This document shows, piece after piece, positions 16,073 to 25,889 of a stretch of DNA of 37,277 bases. Both the position numbers and the translations under genes were made by a program. The first letter of the stretch is position 1; each line of letters opens with the position of its first letter. The stretch lies in IMG/VR virus record IMGVR_UViG_2711768166_000003. One strand, 5' to 3'. This DNA is from a virus. Lineage: Duplodnaviria > Heunggongvirae > Uroviricota > Caudoviricetes. A model generated the notes under the pieces. It had not been told where the DNA came from. It worked only from the letters and a program-made list of their open reading frames with translations, and did not search any database.

Positions 16073-17248
16073 TTAGCTGTCTCTATATCTTTTGAGTTCA
16101 TCATAATTTGCCTGACTCAATTTTATCACAATTTCGCATTTGTTGTCAGTGAGAATTACAGGCTTATTTGACTTTTCGTCTCCAATAGCTCCACGCATTA
16201 TTTTCAACTTAAAATTATTGTCGTTATCTGCCACTTCAATTGTAAGCGCGCTTTCAGCTGCTTTAGGAGTTGGTTCAAATTGAGGGTCAATCTGGAAACC
16301 ATTAAGATTAACAAAATCGACAAACGTTCCCTTACATTTGTGTGAATCAGTCAGGCATGAGTCAATTATTTTTGAAATATCCTCTATCTTAACGGACTTA
16401 TTTCCGTGTTTATCTTTTGATTTTTTTTCCAGTAAGGATTTAACTTCATTGTCAATAGTATCACGCAGTACACGACCGAGTGAGTTTTTACTAGCAAAAA
16501 TATCTATAGCACTGAATAATTGCTGAATGCTTCTTTTATTGTCCGAATCATGTCGGCAACCTAATGAGTCTTTGAAAAAATCGCTTTTAGATTTACCTTG
16601 CAAGAAATGTACATATGAGTCACCCTTGTTTTCTGGATAACTGGCTTCGAATAAAGTTAAATCGAACATCGCAGCCTGCCGTAAGGCATCGGTATTAATT
16701 GGATTTAATCTTGTTGGGGTCAACTTATCCGAATCAAAGTCATAGGCGCTTTGTTTATCAACCATTACGATTAGAAGTTTCCCCAAATCCTCTGGTTCGG
16801 TAGACTTATAGTGGATGAAAACAACGCTCCCCCCCTGAAGTTGGGCAACTCTCGATTCGTTATTAGCATTATGTTTAAGCTTCTCTATTATAGCTCTAGA
16901 TAAATCAATGAATTCATTATTTTTATTAATGTATTTTTTTAGGATCGTAGGAATGGATGAAGGGTTGTGATCTGAGTCTAGGAAGTTATGAAATTTGTTT
17001 TTTCGGCTAAATTTTTTCTCAATTCTGGTTATGAATTCAGATGTGACTTCATTTTTTAGATCCCAAACTTCACCTAATCGATAATCAAATGCTCTTGAAT
17101 CATTTTTTTCAAGATTTGCTGTTACAGCACCAATAGGAAAGTACGATTGTTTGCCCAGCACTACAACATGAGGCGTGGCACCGCATTTATCGCAAGCTAC
17201 AGTTGGGTCGTCAAGAACATTGCCACATTCTAAACAAGTTATATCCAT
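16073..17248 (-). CDS. AT-rich cargo gene A: N-terminal zinc ribbon plus NA37/YejK-like nucleoid-associated domain
   Basis: 391 aa; N-terminal CLECG-x12-CDKCG; central region aligns by eye to YejK (GGSVVFIHY vs GGFVLFCHY; ...DLT...FL.GK...). Family assignment is from memory, not a search. Confidence 0.7.
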   Translation of the reverse strand: MDITCLECGNVLDDPTVACDKCGATPHVVVLGKQSYFPIGAVTANLEKNDSRAFDYRLGEVWDLKNEVTSEFITRIEKKFSRKNKFHNFLDSDHNPSSIPTILKKYINKNNEFIDLSRAIIEKLKHNANNESRVAQLQGGSVVFIHYKSTEPEDLGKLLIVMVDKQSAYDFDSDKLTPTRLNPINTDALRQAAMFDLTLFEASYPENKGDSYVHFLQGKSKSDFFKDSLGCRHDSDNKRSIQQLFSAIDIFASKNSLGRVLRDTIDNEVKSLLEKKSKDKHGNKSVKIEDISKIIDSCLTDSHKCKGTFVDFVNLNGFQIDPQFEPTPKAAESALTIEVADNDNNFKLKIMRGAIGDEKSNKPVILTDNKCEIVIKLSQANYDELKRYRDS

Positions 17249-17365
17249 TATATATCCCGAATTATAAGAATGAATTTTTATGTGGCTGAAAATTCTATCA
17301 AAACACTAACGCGTACGCAAAAAATATCGTAATCTGTTAAGTGTGCTCACTTCGCCACACAGCTT

Positions 17366-17397
17366 AAACCCGCCATCGAGCGGGTTTTGTCGTTTCT
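17366..17397 (+). terminator. tR'-like rho-independent terminator upstream of the lysis cassette
   Basis: AAACCCGC-catcga-GCGGGTTT followed by TGTCGTTTC; about 145 bp upstream of the holin start. Confidence 0.6.
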
Positions 17398-17539
17398 GGG
17401 TCTGGGGATTCCTTGGTCCTAGCCTATCCCGCAGTTATCCATTGACTCGGCTTCTTTGACGTTTCCGCTTCTGATTTGCGGTACATGATGTTTCCTCAAT
17501 TTGCACCTGCTGTATCAGCGAGGTGAGAGATAACTACAA

Positions 17540-17866
17540 ATGCCTCATAACCCAAATACATGGCTGGAGTTGGTCCAGAGCTGGTGGCGTGGAGACACAC
17601 CGCTGGGCGCAGTGATTATGTCGATTGTTATGGCTGGTTTACGTATTGCCTATTTTGGCGGTGGTGGCGGCTGGAAGCGAAAAACACTCGAAATTCTACT
17701 CTGTGGCGCTCTGACGCTGACTTTTGCATCCGCTCTTGAGTATGTCGGATGGCCTAAATCACTATCTGTTGCCATTGGTGGTGGGGTGGGGCTGATCGGT
17801 GTTGATGCTATTCGTGGGGCTGCAATGAGAGTAATCGGTAACAAGTTTGGTGGCTCTAAGGAGTAA
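17540..17866 (+). CDS. Holin (lambda S-like)
   Basis: 108 aa with hydrophobic helices and a charged C-terminus; architecture parallels lambda S; immediately upstream of the endolysin gene. Confidence 0.8.
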   Translation: MPHNPNTWLELVQSWWRGDTPLGAVIMSIVMAGLRIAYFGGGGGWKRKTLEILLCGALTLTFASALEYVGWPKSLSVAIGGGVGLIGVDAIRGAAMRVIGNKFGGSKE

Positions 17867-17869
17867 TTT

Positions 17870-18346
17870 ATGCAGGTACTAAATTCCCAGCGTAAAGCTT
17901 TCCTGGATATGGTGGCATGGTCAGAGGGAACGGATAACGGGCGACAACCGACACGTAACCACGGTTATGACGTTATTGTCGGTGGAGAACTCTTCACTGA
18001 TTACTCCGATCACCCTCGCAAACTTGTCACGCTAAACCCGAAACTCAAATCAACAGCTGCAGGCCGTTATCAACTTCTTTCACGCTGGTGGGATGCTTAC
18101 CGCAAGCAGCTTGGCCTGAAAGACTTCTCTCCGAAAAGCCAGGACGCTGTGGCACTGCAACAGATTAAAGAGCGTGGCGCTTTACCGATGATTGATCGCG
18201 GTGATATTCGTCAGGCTATCGACCGTTGCAGCAATATCTGGGCTTCACTGCCGGGCGCTGGTTATGGTCAGTTCGAGCATAAGGCTGACAGCCTGATTGC
18301 AAAATTCAAAGAAGCGGGCGGAATGGTCAGAGAGATTGAGGTATGA
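17870..18346 (+). CDS. R: Endolysin R (lytic transglycosylase)
   Basis: Near-identical to lambda R as recalled: [56 protein letters not shown]... Confidence 0.95.
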   Translation: MQVLNSQRKAFLDMVAWSEGTDNGRQPTRNHGYDVIVGGELFTDYSDHPRKLVTLNPKLKSTAAGRYQLLSRWWDAYRKQLGLKDFSPKSQDAVALQQIKERGALPMIDRGDIRQAIDRCSNIWASLPGAGYGQFEHKADSLIAKFKEAGGMVREIEV

Positions 18347-18804
18347 ACAGATTAACCGCGATTATCTCCGCTCTGGTTATCTGCATCATCGTCTGTCTGT
18401 CATGGGCGGTTAATCATTACCGTGATAACGCCATTACCTACAAAGCCCAGCGCGACAAAAATGCCAGAGAACTGAAGCTGGCGAACTCGACAATTACTGA
18501 CATGCAGGTGCGCCAACGTGATGTCGCTGCGCTCGATGCAAAATACACGAAGGAGTTAGCTGATGCGAAAGCTGAAAATGATGCTCTGTGTGATGATGTT
18601 GCCGCTGGTCGTCGTCGGTTGCACATCAAAGCAGTCTGTCAGTCAGTGCGTGAAGCCACCACCGCCTCCGGCATGGATAATGCAGCCTCCCCCCGACTGG
18701 CAGACACCGCTGAACGGGATTATTTCACTCTCAGAGAGAGGCTGATCACTATGCAAAAACAACTGGAAGGAACCCAGAAGTATATTAATGAGCAGTGCAG
18801 ATAG
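18343..18804 (+). CDS. Rz: Spanin inner-membrane subunit Rz
   Basis: Near-identical to lambda Rz: [44 protein letters not shown]... Confidence 0.95.
   Translation: MNRLTAIISALVICIIVCLSWAVNHYRDNAITYKAQRDKNARELKLANSTITDMQVRQRDVAALDAKYTKELADAKAENDALCDDVAAGRRRLHIKAVCQSVREATTASGMDNAASPRLADTAERDYFTLRERLITMQKQLEGTQKYINEQCR
18563..18745 (+). CDS. Rz1: Spanin outer-membrane lipoprotein Rz1 (embedded in Rz, +1 frame)
   Basis: 60 aa: lipobox LVVVGC and proline-rich [24 protein letters not shown], as in lambda Rz1; fully nested within Rz. Confidence 0.9.
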   Translation: MRKLKMMLCVMMLPLVVVGCTSKQSVSQCVKPPPPPAWIMQPPPDWQTPLNGIISLSERG

Positions 18805-18838
18805 AGCTGCCCATATCGATGGGCAACTCATGCAATTA

Positions 18839-19129
18839 TTATGAGCAATACACCCGCGCTTCCAGCGGAGTATAAATGCCTAAAGTAATAAAACCGAGCA
18901 ATCCATTTACGAATGTTTGCTGGGTTTCTGTTTTAACAACATTTTCTGCGCCGCCACAAATTTTGGCTGCATCAACAGTTTTCTGCTGTCCAATTCCCGA
19001 AACGAAGAAATGATGGGTGATGGTTTCCTTTGGTGTTACTGCTGTCGGTTTGTTTCCAACAGTAAACGTCTGTTGAGCACATCCTGTAATAAGCATTGCC
19101 AGAGCGGCAGAAAACAACATTTTTTTCAT
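18839..19129 (-). CDS. bor: Bor lipoprotein (serum-resistance-associated)
   Basis: MKKMLFSAALAMLITGCAQQTFTV ... ETITHHFFVSGIGQQKTVDAAKICGGAENVVKTETQQTFVNGLLGFITLGIYTPLEARVYCS closely matches lambda Bor; start at the lipoprotein-signal Met, not the longer track ORF. Confidence 0.9.
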   Translation of the reverse strand: MKKMLFSAALAMLITGCAQQTFTVGNKPTAVTPKETITHHFFVSGIGQQKTVDAAKICGGAENVVKTETQQTFVNGLLGFITLGIYTPLEARVYCS

Positions 19130-19653
19130 CTTATTATCCTGCATTGTTAAAAACGGCAGAATCCTATGTGACAACAATTAAACGATAGTTAAATGGATTG
19201 ATGAAAATTAAAACTATATAGGTGTACGGTCAGACTATTGGAGGTAGTCAGGATTTGAATGTCAGTCTGTTGTCGGCATTCTGGCAATGCAATTTGGATA
19301 AAGCGGGGATTAAAAAGATAGAAGCGAGCCGGTCAGGTAGAAATGAATCAGGCTCAAAGTGAAGCGGAAAAGGTCTGTGGCACAAACTGATGCTGCCATA
19401 ATTACAGCCTGATGACTTGTGGAATGAAACATGTTGAACTTCCTTAATTGATGTGATTCGAGTGAGGAAGGCATTCTGTCCCTCTATAGTGTCCATTAAT
19501 TCAAACGGGAAATTTGTCTCATGCGTGAGACAAGTCTCTCCATTAGTGAGTTGTATTGATTGCGACTCTTCAAAGAATCCATTACTGCGTTGATGAAAAA
19601 GGTTTACTACGAATGAAGGCAGCTATTTCGCTGGTTTCTTCATTGGAGTACAT

Positions 19654-20004
19654 ATGCCCCCACGAACCCCAAAAGCCTGCCGTGTTCGCGGCTGCCGCTC
19701 TACAACCACGGACCCTTCAGGCTACTGCGAAAGCCACAAAAGCGAAGGCTGGAAGCAATACAAACCTGGACAATCCCGTCATCAGCGCGGCTACGGTTCG
19801 AAGTGGGACAGTATCCGCGCGCGTGTCCTGAAGCGTGACAAAGGCCTGTGTCAGTTATGTCTGCGTGCTGGTGTGGTGCGTGAGGCGAAGACCGTTGACC
19901 ACATCATCCCTAAATCGCATGGCGGCACTGATGCCGACTGTAATCTGCAGAGTCTGTGCTGGCCGTGTCATAAGGCGAAGACGGCCCGTGAACGGTTGAA
20001 GTGA
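19654..20004 (+). CDS. HNH endonuclease (packaging-associated)
   Basis: 116 aa; HNH motif DHIIPKSHGGTDADCNLQSLCWPCHKAKT; directly upstream of the small terminase gene, as in HK97-like cos phages. Confidence 0.9.
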   Translation: MPPRTPKACRVRGCRSTTTDPSGYCESHKSEGWKQYKPGQSRHQRGYGSKWDSIRARVLKRDKGLCQLCLRAGVVREAKTVDHIIPKSHGGTDADCNLQSLCWPCHKAKTARERLK

Positions 20005-20010
20005 TAATGA

Positions 20011-20071
20011 TTCTCAACTGCCTGAGGGGAGGGGCGGGTCAAATCCCTGCGGCCTGACGTCTTCCGGACTG
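20011..20071 (+). terminator. GC-rich hairpin with T-tract between HNH and terS (terminator and/or part of the cos region)
   Basis: GGGGCGGG ... CCCGCCCC inverted repeat with ~33-nt loop, followed by ATCGTTTTTTT. Confidence 0.45.
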
Positions 20072-20129
20072 CCCGCCCCATCGTTTTTTTATACCCGCGA
20101 AAAATGAAATTTAACCAGGAGTGCCGCAT

Positions 20130-20624
20130 ATGGCTGGAACGGCGGGGCGTTCCGGGCGTCGCCCCAAGCCAACGGCGCGCAAGGCGCTGGCCGGAAATCC
20201 CGGCAAGCGAGCCCTGAACAAAGATGAACCTGTTTTTACGCCCATCAAAGGTGTTGAGCCACCGGAGTGGTTCGCTGAAGAAGATCTCCCTCTCGCCACG
20301 ATCATGTGGCAACTGACAACCAAAGAACTCTGCGGTCAGGGCCTGCTGTGCGTGACTGACCTCGCGGTGCTTGAGCGGTGGTGCGTGGCCTATGAGTTCT
20401 GGCGACGTGCTGTGAAAAATATTGCCATACAGGGCAACACCATCACCGGCGCAATGGGCGGCAGGGTCAAAAATCCGGAGCTGACAGCCAAAAAAGAACA
20501 GGAGTCCGAGATGAGCAGCACGGGGGCAATGCTCGGACTCGACCCCAGCAGCCGCCAGCGTCTGATTGGCCTGGCGGGGCAGAAGAAAGCCACTAACCCG
20601 TTTCTGAAAATCATCGAATCATGA
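20130..20624 (+). CDS. Terminase small subunit (P27-type)
   Basis: Start ATG 20130 preceded by AGGAG (20117-20121); Arg/Lys-rich N-terminus; immediately upstream of and overlapping the large terminase gene. Confidence 0.8.
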   Translation: MAGTAGRSGRRPKPTARKALAGNPGKRALNKDEPVFTPIKGVEPPEWFAEEDLPLATIMWQLTTKELCGQGLLCVTDLAVLERWCVAYEFWRRAVKNIAIQGNTITGAMGGRVKNPELTAKKEQESEMSSTGAMLGLDPSSRQRLIGLAGQKKATNPFLKIIES

Positions 20625-22354
20625 GCCGGAAATCTTACCCCAACGTAAATGCTGCCAATCAGTATGCCCGGGATGTCGTGCGCGGAAAGATTGTGGCCTG
20701 CCAGTTTGTGATTCAGGCCTGCCAGCGCCATCTTGATGACCTGATGGCGGAAAAAAGTAAGTCGTTTCGTTACCGCTTCGACAAGGACCTGGCTGAACGG
20801 GCCGCCAAATTTATTCAGCTGTTGCCGCACACCAAGGGTGAGTGGGCATTCAAGAGGATGCCCATCACGCTGGAGCCGTGGCAGCTCTTTGTGATCTGCT
20901 GCGCGTTTGGCTGGGTCAATAAAGGCTCCCGGCTGCGCCGCTTCCGGGAGGTGTATACCGAAATCCCCCGTAAGAACGGCAAATCAGCAATCTCTGCCGG
21001 TGTCGCCCTGTATTGTTTTGCCTGTGATAACGAGTTCGGCGCGGAAGTGTATTCCGGTGCCACGACGGAGAAACAGGCATGGGAAGTCTTTCGTCCGGCA
21101 AGACTGATGTGTAAACGCACACCCATGCTGACGGAAGCGTTCGGGATTGAGGTTAACGCCTCAAACATGAATCGTCCGGAGGATGGCGCGCGGTTTGAAC
21201 CGCTGATCGGTAACCCCGGTGATGGTTCATCACCCCACTGTGCGGTGGTGGATGAATATCACGAGCACGCCACCGATGCGCTTTACACCACGATGCTTAC
21301 CGGGATGGGGGCGCGACGTCAGCCACTGATGTGGGCCATTACTACTGCCGGGTACAACATTGAGGGGCCGTGCTACGACAAGCGACGGGAAGTTATCGAG
21401 ATGCTCAACGGGTCGGTACCCAACGATGAACTGTTCGGGATCATCTATACCGTTGACGAAGGCGATGACTGGACTGACCCGCAGGTGCTGGAAAAAGCTA
21501 ACCCGAATATTGGCGTGTCGGTTTATCGCGAATTTTTGTTAAGTCAGCAGCAGCGTGCGAAAAATAACGCCCGTCTGGCAAACGTCTTTAAAACAAAACA
21601 CCTCAATATCTGGGTGTCGGCGCGTTCGGCGTATTTCAACCTGGTGAGCTGGCAGAGCTGCGAGGATAAATCACTGACCCTTGAGCAGTTCGAGGGGCAG
21701 CCGTGCATTCTGGCCTTTGACCTGGCGCGTAAGCTGGATATGAACAGCATGGCGCGACTTTATACCCGCGAGATTGACGGTAAAACGCATTACTACAGTG
21801 TGGCCCCGCGTTTCTGGGTACCGTATGACACGGTGTACAGCGTCGAGAAAAATGAAGATCGACGGACAGCCGAACGCTTTCAGAAATGGGTGGAAATGGG
21901 CGTTCTGACCGTTACCGATGGTGCGGAGGTGGATTATCGCTACATCCTCGAGGAGGCCAAAGCGGCGAACAAAATCAGCCCGGTCAGTGAGTCACCCATC
22001 GACCCCTTCGGGGCGACCGGGTTGTCACATGACCTTGCTGATGAAGACCTGAACCCCATCACTATCATTCAGAACTACACCAACATGTCCGACCCGATGA
22101 AAGAGCTGGAAGCGGCAATTGAATCGGGGCGCTTTCATCATGATGGCAATCCCATCATGACCTGGTGTATCGGCAACGTGGTCGGCAAAACCATTCCGGG
22201 TAACGATGATGTGGTGAAGCCCGTCAAAGAGCAGGCGGAAAACAAAATCGATGGTGCAGTTGCGCTGATTATGGCGGTTGGCAGAGCCATGCTGTACGAG
22301 AAAGAAGACACGCTGTCTGACCACATTGAGTCCTATGGGATCCGCTCGCTTTAA
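20621..22354 (+). CDS. Terminase large subunit (HK97-type)
   Basis: 577 aa; size and position typical; ATPase Walker A-like region [10 protein letters not shown] and a C-terminal nuclease-type region. Confidence 0.9.
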
Positions 22355-22365
22355 CTGAGGTAATT

Positions 22366-22548
22366 ATGATCATGCTGATTCTCGCGCCTCTGGTGGGCGT
22401 GCTGGGGGCGCTTTTGCTGGCGTATGGTGCCTGGCTGATTTATCCCCCGGCGGGGTTTGTTGTTGCCGGGGCGTTGTGCCTGTTCTGGTCGTGGCTGGTG
22501 GCGCGATATCTCGACCGTACACAGTCGTCTGTCGGCGGAGGTAAATAG
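22366..22548 (+). CDS. Small hydrophobic membrane protein
   Basis: 60 aa, two hydrophobic helices ([22 protein letters not shown] ... [17 protein letters not shown]); GAGGT RBS; between terminase and portal. Confidence 0.5.
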
Positions 22549-23789
22549 TGTTCTTTTCGGGATTATTTCAACAAAAAAGTGACGCACCGGTGACCACGCC
22601 AGCAGAGCTGGCGGATGCTATCGGGTTGTCCTACGACACCTATACCGGAAAGCAGATCAGCAGCCAGCGGGCCATGCGACTGACGGCGGTTTTTTCCTGT
22701 GTCAGGGTGCTGGCGGAGTCGGTCGGGATGTTGCCCTGCAACCTGTATCACCTGAACGGCAGCCTGAAGCAGAGAGCCACTGGCGAACGTCTGCATAAGC
22801 TGATCTCCACGCATCCCAATGGCTATATGACGCCGCAGGAGTTCTGGGAGCTGGTGGTCACCTGTCTGTGCCTGCGGGGAAACTTTTACGCCTACAAAGT
22901 GAAAGCATTTGGCGAAGTGGCTGAACTGCTGCCCGTCGATCCCGGCTGTGTGGTACCGAAGCTTAACAGTAGCTGGGAGCCGGTCTATCAGGTCACATTC
23001 CCGGATGGCTCCACGGATGTACTGAGCCAGGAGGATATCTGGCATGTGCGCACGCTGACGCTGGACGGACTGGTGGGGCTGAATCCCATCGCCTATGCCC
23101 GCGAGGCAATATCGCTGGCGGCAGCGACCGAAGAGCACGGGGCCAGACTGTTCAGCAATGGCGCGGTGACGTCGGGTGTGTTGCGTACAGAGCAGACGCT
23201 GTCAGATCAGGCTTATGAGCGCCTGAAGAAAGATTTTGAGGAGCGTCACACCGGGCTTGGCAATGCTCACCGCCCGATGATCCTTGAGATGGGGCTGGAC
23301 TGGAAGTCGATGGCGCTGAACGCCGAGGACAGCCAGTTCCTGGAAACCCGCAAGTTTCAGCTTGAAGAAATCTGTCGTCTGTTCCGGGTGCCGTTGCACA
23401 TGGTGCAGAACACCGATCGCGCCACCTTCAACAATATCGAAGAGCTGGGGCTGGGATTTATCAACTATTCACTGGTGCCGTATCTGACCCGCATCGAACA
23501 GCGGATCAACACCGGACTGGTACGAAAAAGTAAGCAGGGCGTTTATTACGCCAAATTTAACGCCGGGGCGTTACTGCGCGGGGATATGAAGTCCCGTTTT
23601 GAAGCCTACGCCACCGGGATTAACTGGGGAATTTACTCTCCCAATGACTGCCGCGACCTGGAAGATATGAATCCGCGTCCCGGTGGGGATGTCTATCTCA
23701 CACCGATGAACATGACCACGAAACCCTCCGATGGCAGTAAAGCCGGTAAGCAGAAGGATAACGCCAATGCAGACGAAACAACGTCTTGA
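22548..23789 (+). CDS. Portal protein (HK97-type)
   Basis: 413 aa; GTG start after GGAGG; position between terminase and prohead protease. Confidence 0.85.
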   Translation: MFFSGLFQQKSDAPVTTPAELADAIGLSYDTYTGKQISSQRAMRLTAVFSCVRVLAESVGMLPCNLYHLNGSLKQRATGERLHKLISTHPNGYMTPQEFWELVVTCLCLRGNFYAYKVKAFGEVAELLPVDPGCVVPKLNSSWEPVYQVTFPDGSTDVLSQEDIWHVRTLTLDGLVGLNPIAYAREAISLAAATEEHGARLFSNGAVTSGVLRTEQTLSDQAYERLKKDFEERHTGLGNAHRPMILEMGLDWKSMALNAEDSQFLETRKFQLEEICRLFRVPLHMVQNTDRATFNNIEELGLGFINYSLVPYLTRIEQRINTGLVRKSKQGVYYAKFNAGALLRGDMKSRFEAYATGINWGIYSPNDCRDLEDMNPRPGGDVYLTPMNMTTKPSDGSKAGKQKDNANADETTS

Positions 23790-24417
23790 TGTACCGCTGA
23801 GTCTGAAATCTGTCAGTGACTCCGGTGAGTTTGAAGGGTATGGCTCCGTCTTTGGTGTAAAGGACAGCCACGATGATGTGGTGATGTCCGGGGCATTTGC
23901 TGCTTCCCTGCGGGCGTGGAGTGACAGAAAAGCGTTACCTGCGCTGCTCTGGCAGCACCGCATGGATGAACCCATCGGTGTTTACACCGAAATGAAGGAA
24001 GACGATGTCGGGCTTTACGTCAGGGGACGGTTGCTTATTGATGATGATCCCCTCGCAAAACGCGCACATGCACACATGAAGGCCGGTTCGTTAACCGGCC
24101 TTTCTATTGGGTACGTCCTGAAAGACTGGGAATACGACCGGAGCAAAGAAGCCTTTCTGCTGAAAGAAATCGACCTCTGGGAAGTCAGCCTGGTGACGTT
24201 CCCGTCTAACGACGAGGCGCGGATCAGCGACGTCAAGAACGCACTGGCCCGCGGGGAAATCCCCGAACAGAAAAAAATCGAAAGAGTCCTGCGTGATGTC
24301 GGACTCTCCCGTACCCAGGCCAAAGCATTCATGGCCGGGGGCTATGGCGCACTGTCCCTGCGCGACGCTGAGGATGTGGGCTCTGCACTGAATGCACTGA
24401 AAAATCTGAACTTCTAA
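23767..24417 (+). CDS. Prohead protease (HK97-type)
   Basis: Start at the Met preceded by AAGGA (MQTKQRLDVPL...); N-terminal protease-domain region ...GYGSVFGVKDSHDDVVMSGAF...; sits between portal and capsid. Confidence 0.85.
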   Translation: MQTKQRLDVPLSLKSVSDSGEFEGYGSVFGVKDSHDDVVMSGAFAASLRAWSDRKALPALLWQHRMDEPIGVYTEMKEDDVGLYVRGRLLIDDDPLAKRAHAHMKAGSLTGLSIGYVLKDWEYDRSKEAFLLKEIDLWEVSLVTFPSNDEARISDVKNALARGEIPEQKKIERVLRDVGLSRTQAKAFMAGGYGALSLRDAEDVGSALNALKNLNF

Positions 24418-24431
24418 TCAGGAGAAATACG

Positions 24432-25637
24432 ATGGCGGTTGATATTAAAGATGTCGAACAGGTCGCGCAGGAGCTGCAGCAGAAGTTTGACGACTTCAAA
24501 GCAAAGAACGACAAGCGCGTGGATGCGATTGAGCAGGAAAAAGGCAAGCTTGCCGGGCAGGTGGAAACCCTGAACGGAAAACTCAGCGAGCTGGAAAACC
24601 TCAAAAGCGATCTTGAAAAAGAGCTGCTTGAGCTGAAACGTCCGGCAGGTGGTGCGCAAAATAAACTGACCACCGAGCATAAAGAAGCGTTTGTGGGCTT
24701 CCTGCGTAAAGGCCGTGAAGATGGTCTGCGCGATCTGGAGCGCAAGGCATTACAGGTGGGCACCGATGAAGACGGCGGCTATGCCGTGCCGGAAGCGCTG
24801 GATCGCAACATTCTGACCCTGCTGAAAGATGAAGTGGTGATGCGCCAGGAAGCCACGGTGATCACCGTTGGTGGTTCCGACTACAAAAAACTGGTGAATC
24901 TGGGCGGCACGGCTTCCGGATGGGTTGGCGAGACTGACGCGCGCTCCCAGACTGCCACCTCAAAACTGGGCCTGATTGAACCTTTCATGGGGGAAATCTA
25001 CGGTAACCCGCAGGCCACCCAGAAAATGCTGGATGATGCCTTTTTCAACGTGGAAGCATGGATCAACAGCGAGCTGGCAACCGAATTTGCCGAACAGGAA
25101 GAAATTGCCTTTACCACCGGCGATGGTACCAAGAAGCCGAAAGGGTTCCTGGCGTATGAATCCACGGATGAAACCGATAAGGTCCGGGCGTTCGGCAAAC
25201 TTCAGCATATTGTATCCGGCGACGCGACTGCGGTGACCGCAGACGCCATTATCAAACTGATTTACACGCTGCGTAAGGCACACCGCACCGGCGCGAAGTT
25301 CATGATGAACAACAACAGCCTGTTTGCCATCCGTCTGCTGAAAGACACCGAGGGTAACTATCTGTGGCGTCCGGGGCTGGAACTGGGGCAGCCGTCCTCT
25401 CTGGCGGGTTACGGTATCGCTGAAAACGAACAGATGCCGGATATCGCCGCTGATGCGAAAGCCATTGCATTTGGTAACTTCAAACGGGGTTACACCATCG
25501 TTGACCGTATCGGCACCCGCATTCTGCGTGACCCGTACACCAATAAACCGTTTGTCGGTTTTTATACCACCAAGCGCACCGGCGGGATGCTGGTCGATTC
25601 GCAGGCCATCAAACTGCTGAAGATTGCAGCGGCGTAA
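24432..25637 (+). CDS. Major capsid protein (HK97-fold) with N-terminal coiled-coil delta domain
   Basis: 401 aa; N-terminal ~100 residues coiled-coil-like (scaffold delta domain), then a capsid domain; AGGAG RBS. Confidence 0.9.
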   Translation: MAVDIKDVEQVAQELQQKFDDFKAKNDKRVDAIEQEKGKLAGQVETLNGKLSELENLKSDLEKELLELKRPAGGAQNKLTTEHKEAFVGFLRKGREDGLRDLERKALQVGTDEDGGYAVPEALDRNILTLLKDEVVMRQEATVITVGGSDYKKLVNLGGTASGWVGETDARSQTATSKLGLIEPFMGEIYGNPQATQKMLDDAFFNVEAWINSELATEFAEQEEIAFTTGDGTKKPKGFLAYESTDETDKVRAFGKLQHIVSGDATAVTADAIIKLIYTLRKAHRTGAKFMMNNNSLFAIRLLKDTEGNYLWRPGLELGQPSSLAGYGIAENEQMPDIAADAKAIAFGNFKRGYTIVDRIGTRILRDPYTNKPFVGFYTTKRTGGMLVDSQAIKLLKIAAA

Positions 25638-25642
25638 TCACT

Positions 25643-25667
25643 CAGGGGCGCGGAACCGCGCCCCCTG
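25643..25667 (+). terminator. Stem-loop after the major capsid gene (partial terminator)
   Basis: AGGGGCGCGG-aa-CCGCGCCCCT perfect hairpin followed by a weak T-tract (GTTCT). Confidence 0.45.
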
Positions 25668-25686
25668 TTCTGGCGGGTGAAGAATC

Positions 25687-25887
25687 ATGATCCTGAAACA
25701 AGATCTGAAATGGTCACCGGACGGTATGCGTGTTGAGGTCATTCGGGCCGGTGAGTATGACGACGGGGCGCTTCCTGCCCGGGTGCAGGAGATTGCACTT
25801 CAGGCCGGGTTAGCAGAGCGCGGAACCAGTGCAAAAAGCAGTAAAGCGGCAAAAGAGAAAAAAGCCACGACCAGTAAAGAGGGCTGA
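25687..25887 (+). CDS. Small hypothetical head-module protein
   Basis: 66 aa; lysine-rich C-terminus; co-oriented in the head operon. Confidence 0.45.
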   Translation: MILKQDLKWSPDGMRVEVIRAGEYDDGALPARVQEIALQAGLAERGTSAKSSKAAKEKKATTSKEG

Positions 25888-25889
25888 GT

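Noticed and set aside
18808-18826. Palindrome TGCCCAT-ATCG-ATGGGCA between Rz and bor as a bidirectional terminator
   Set aside because: No T-tract follows the stem on either strand; it is noted as a palindrome only.
19248-19831. ORFs 19248..19496 (minus) and 19556..19831 (plus) in the bor-HNH interval
   Set aside because: No RBS or recognisable motifs; the plus ORF is the wrong frame running into the HNH gene. The region is treated as unassigned.
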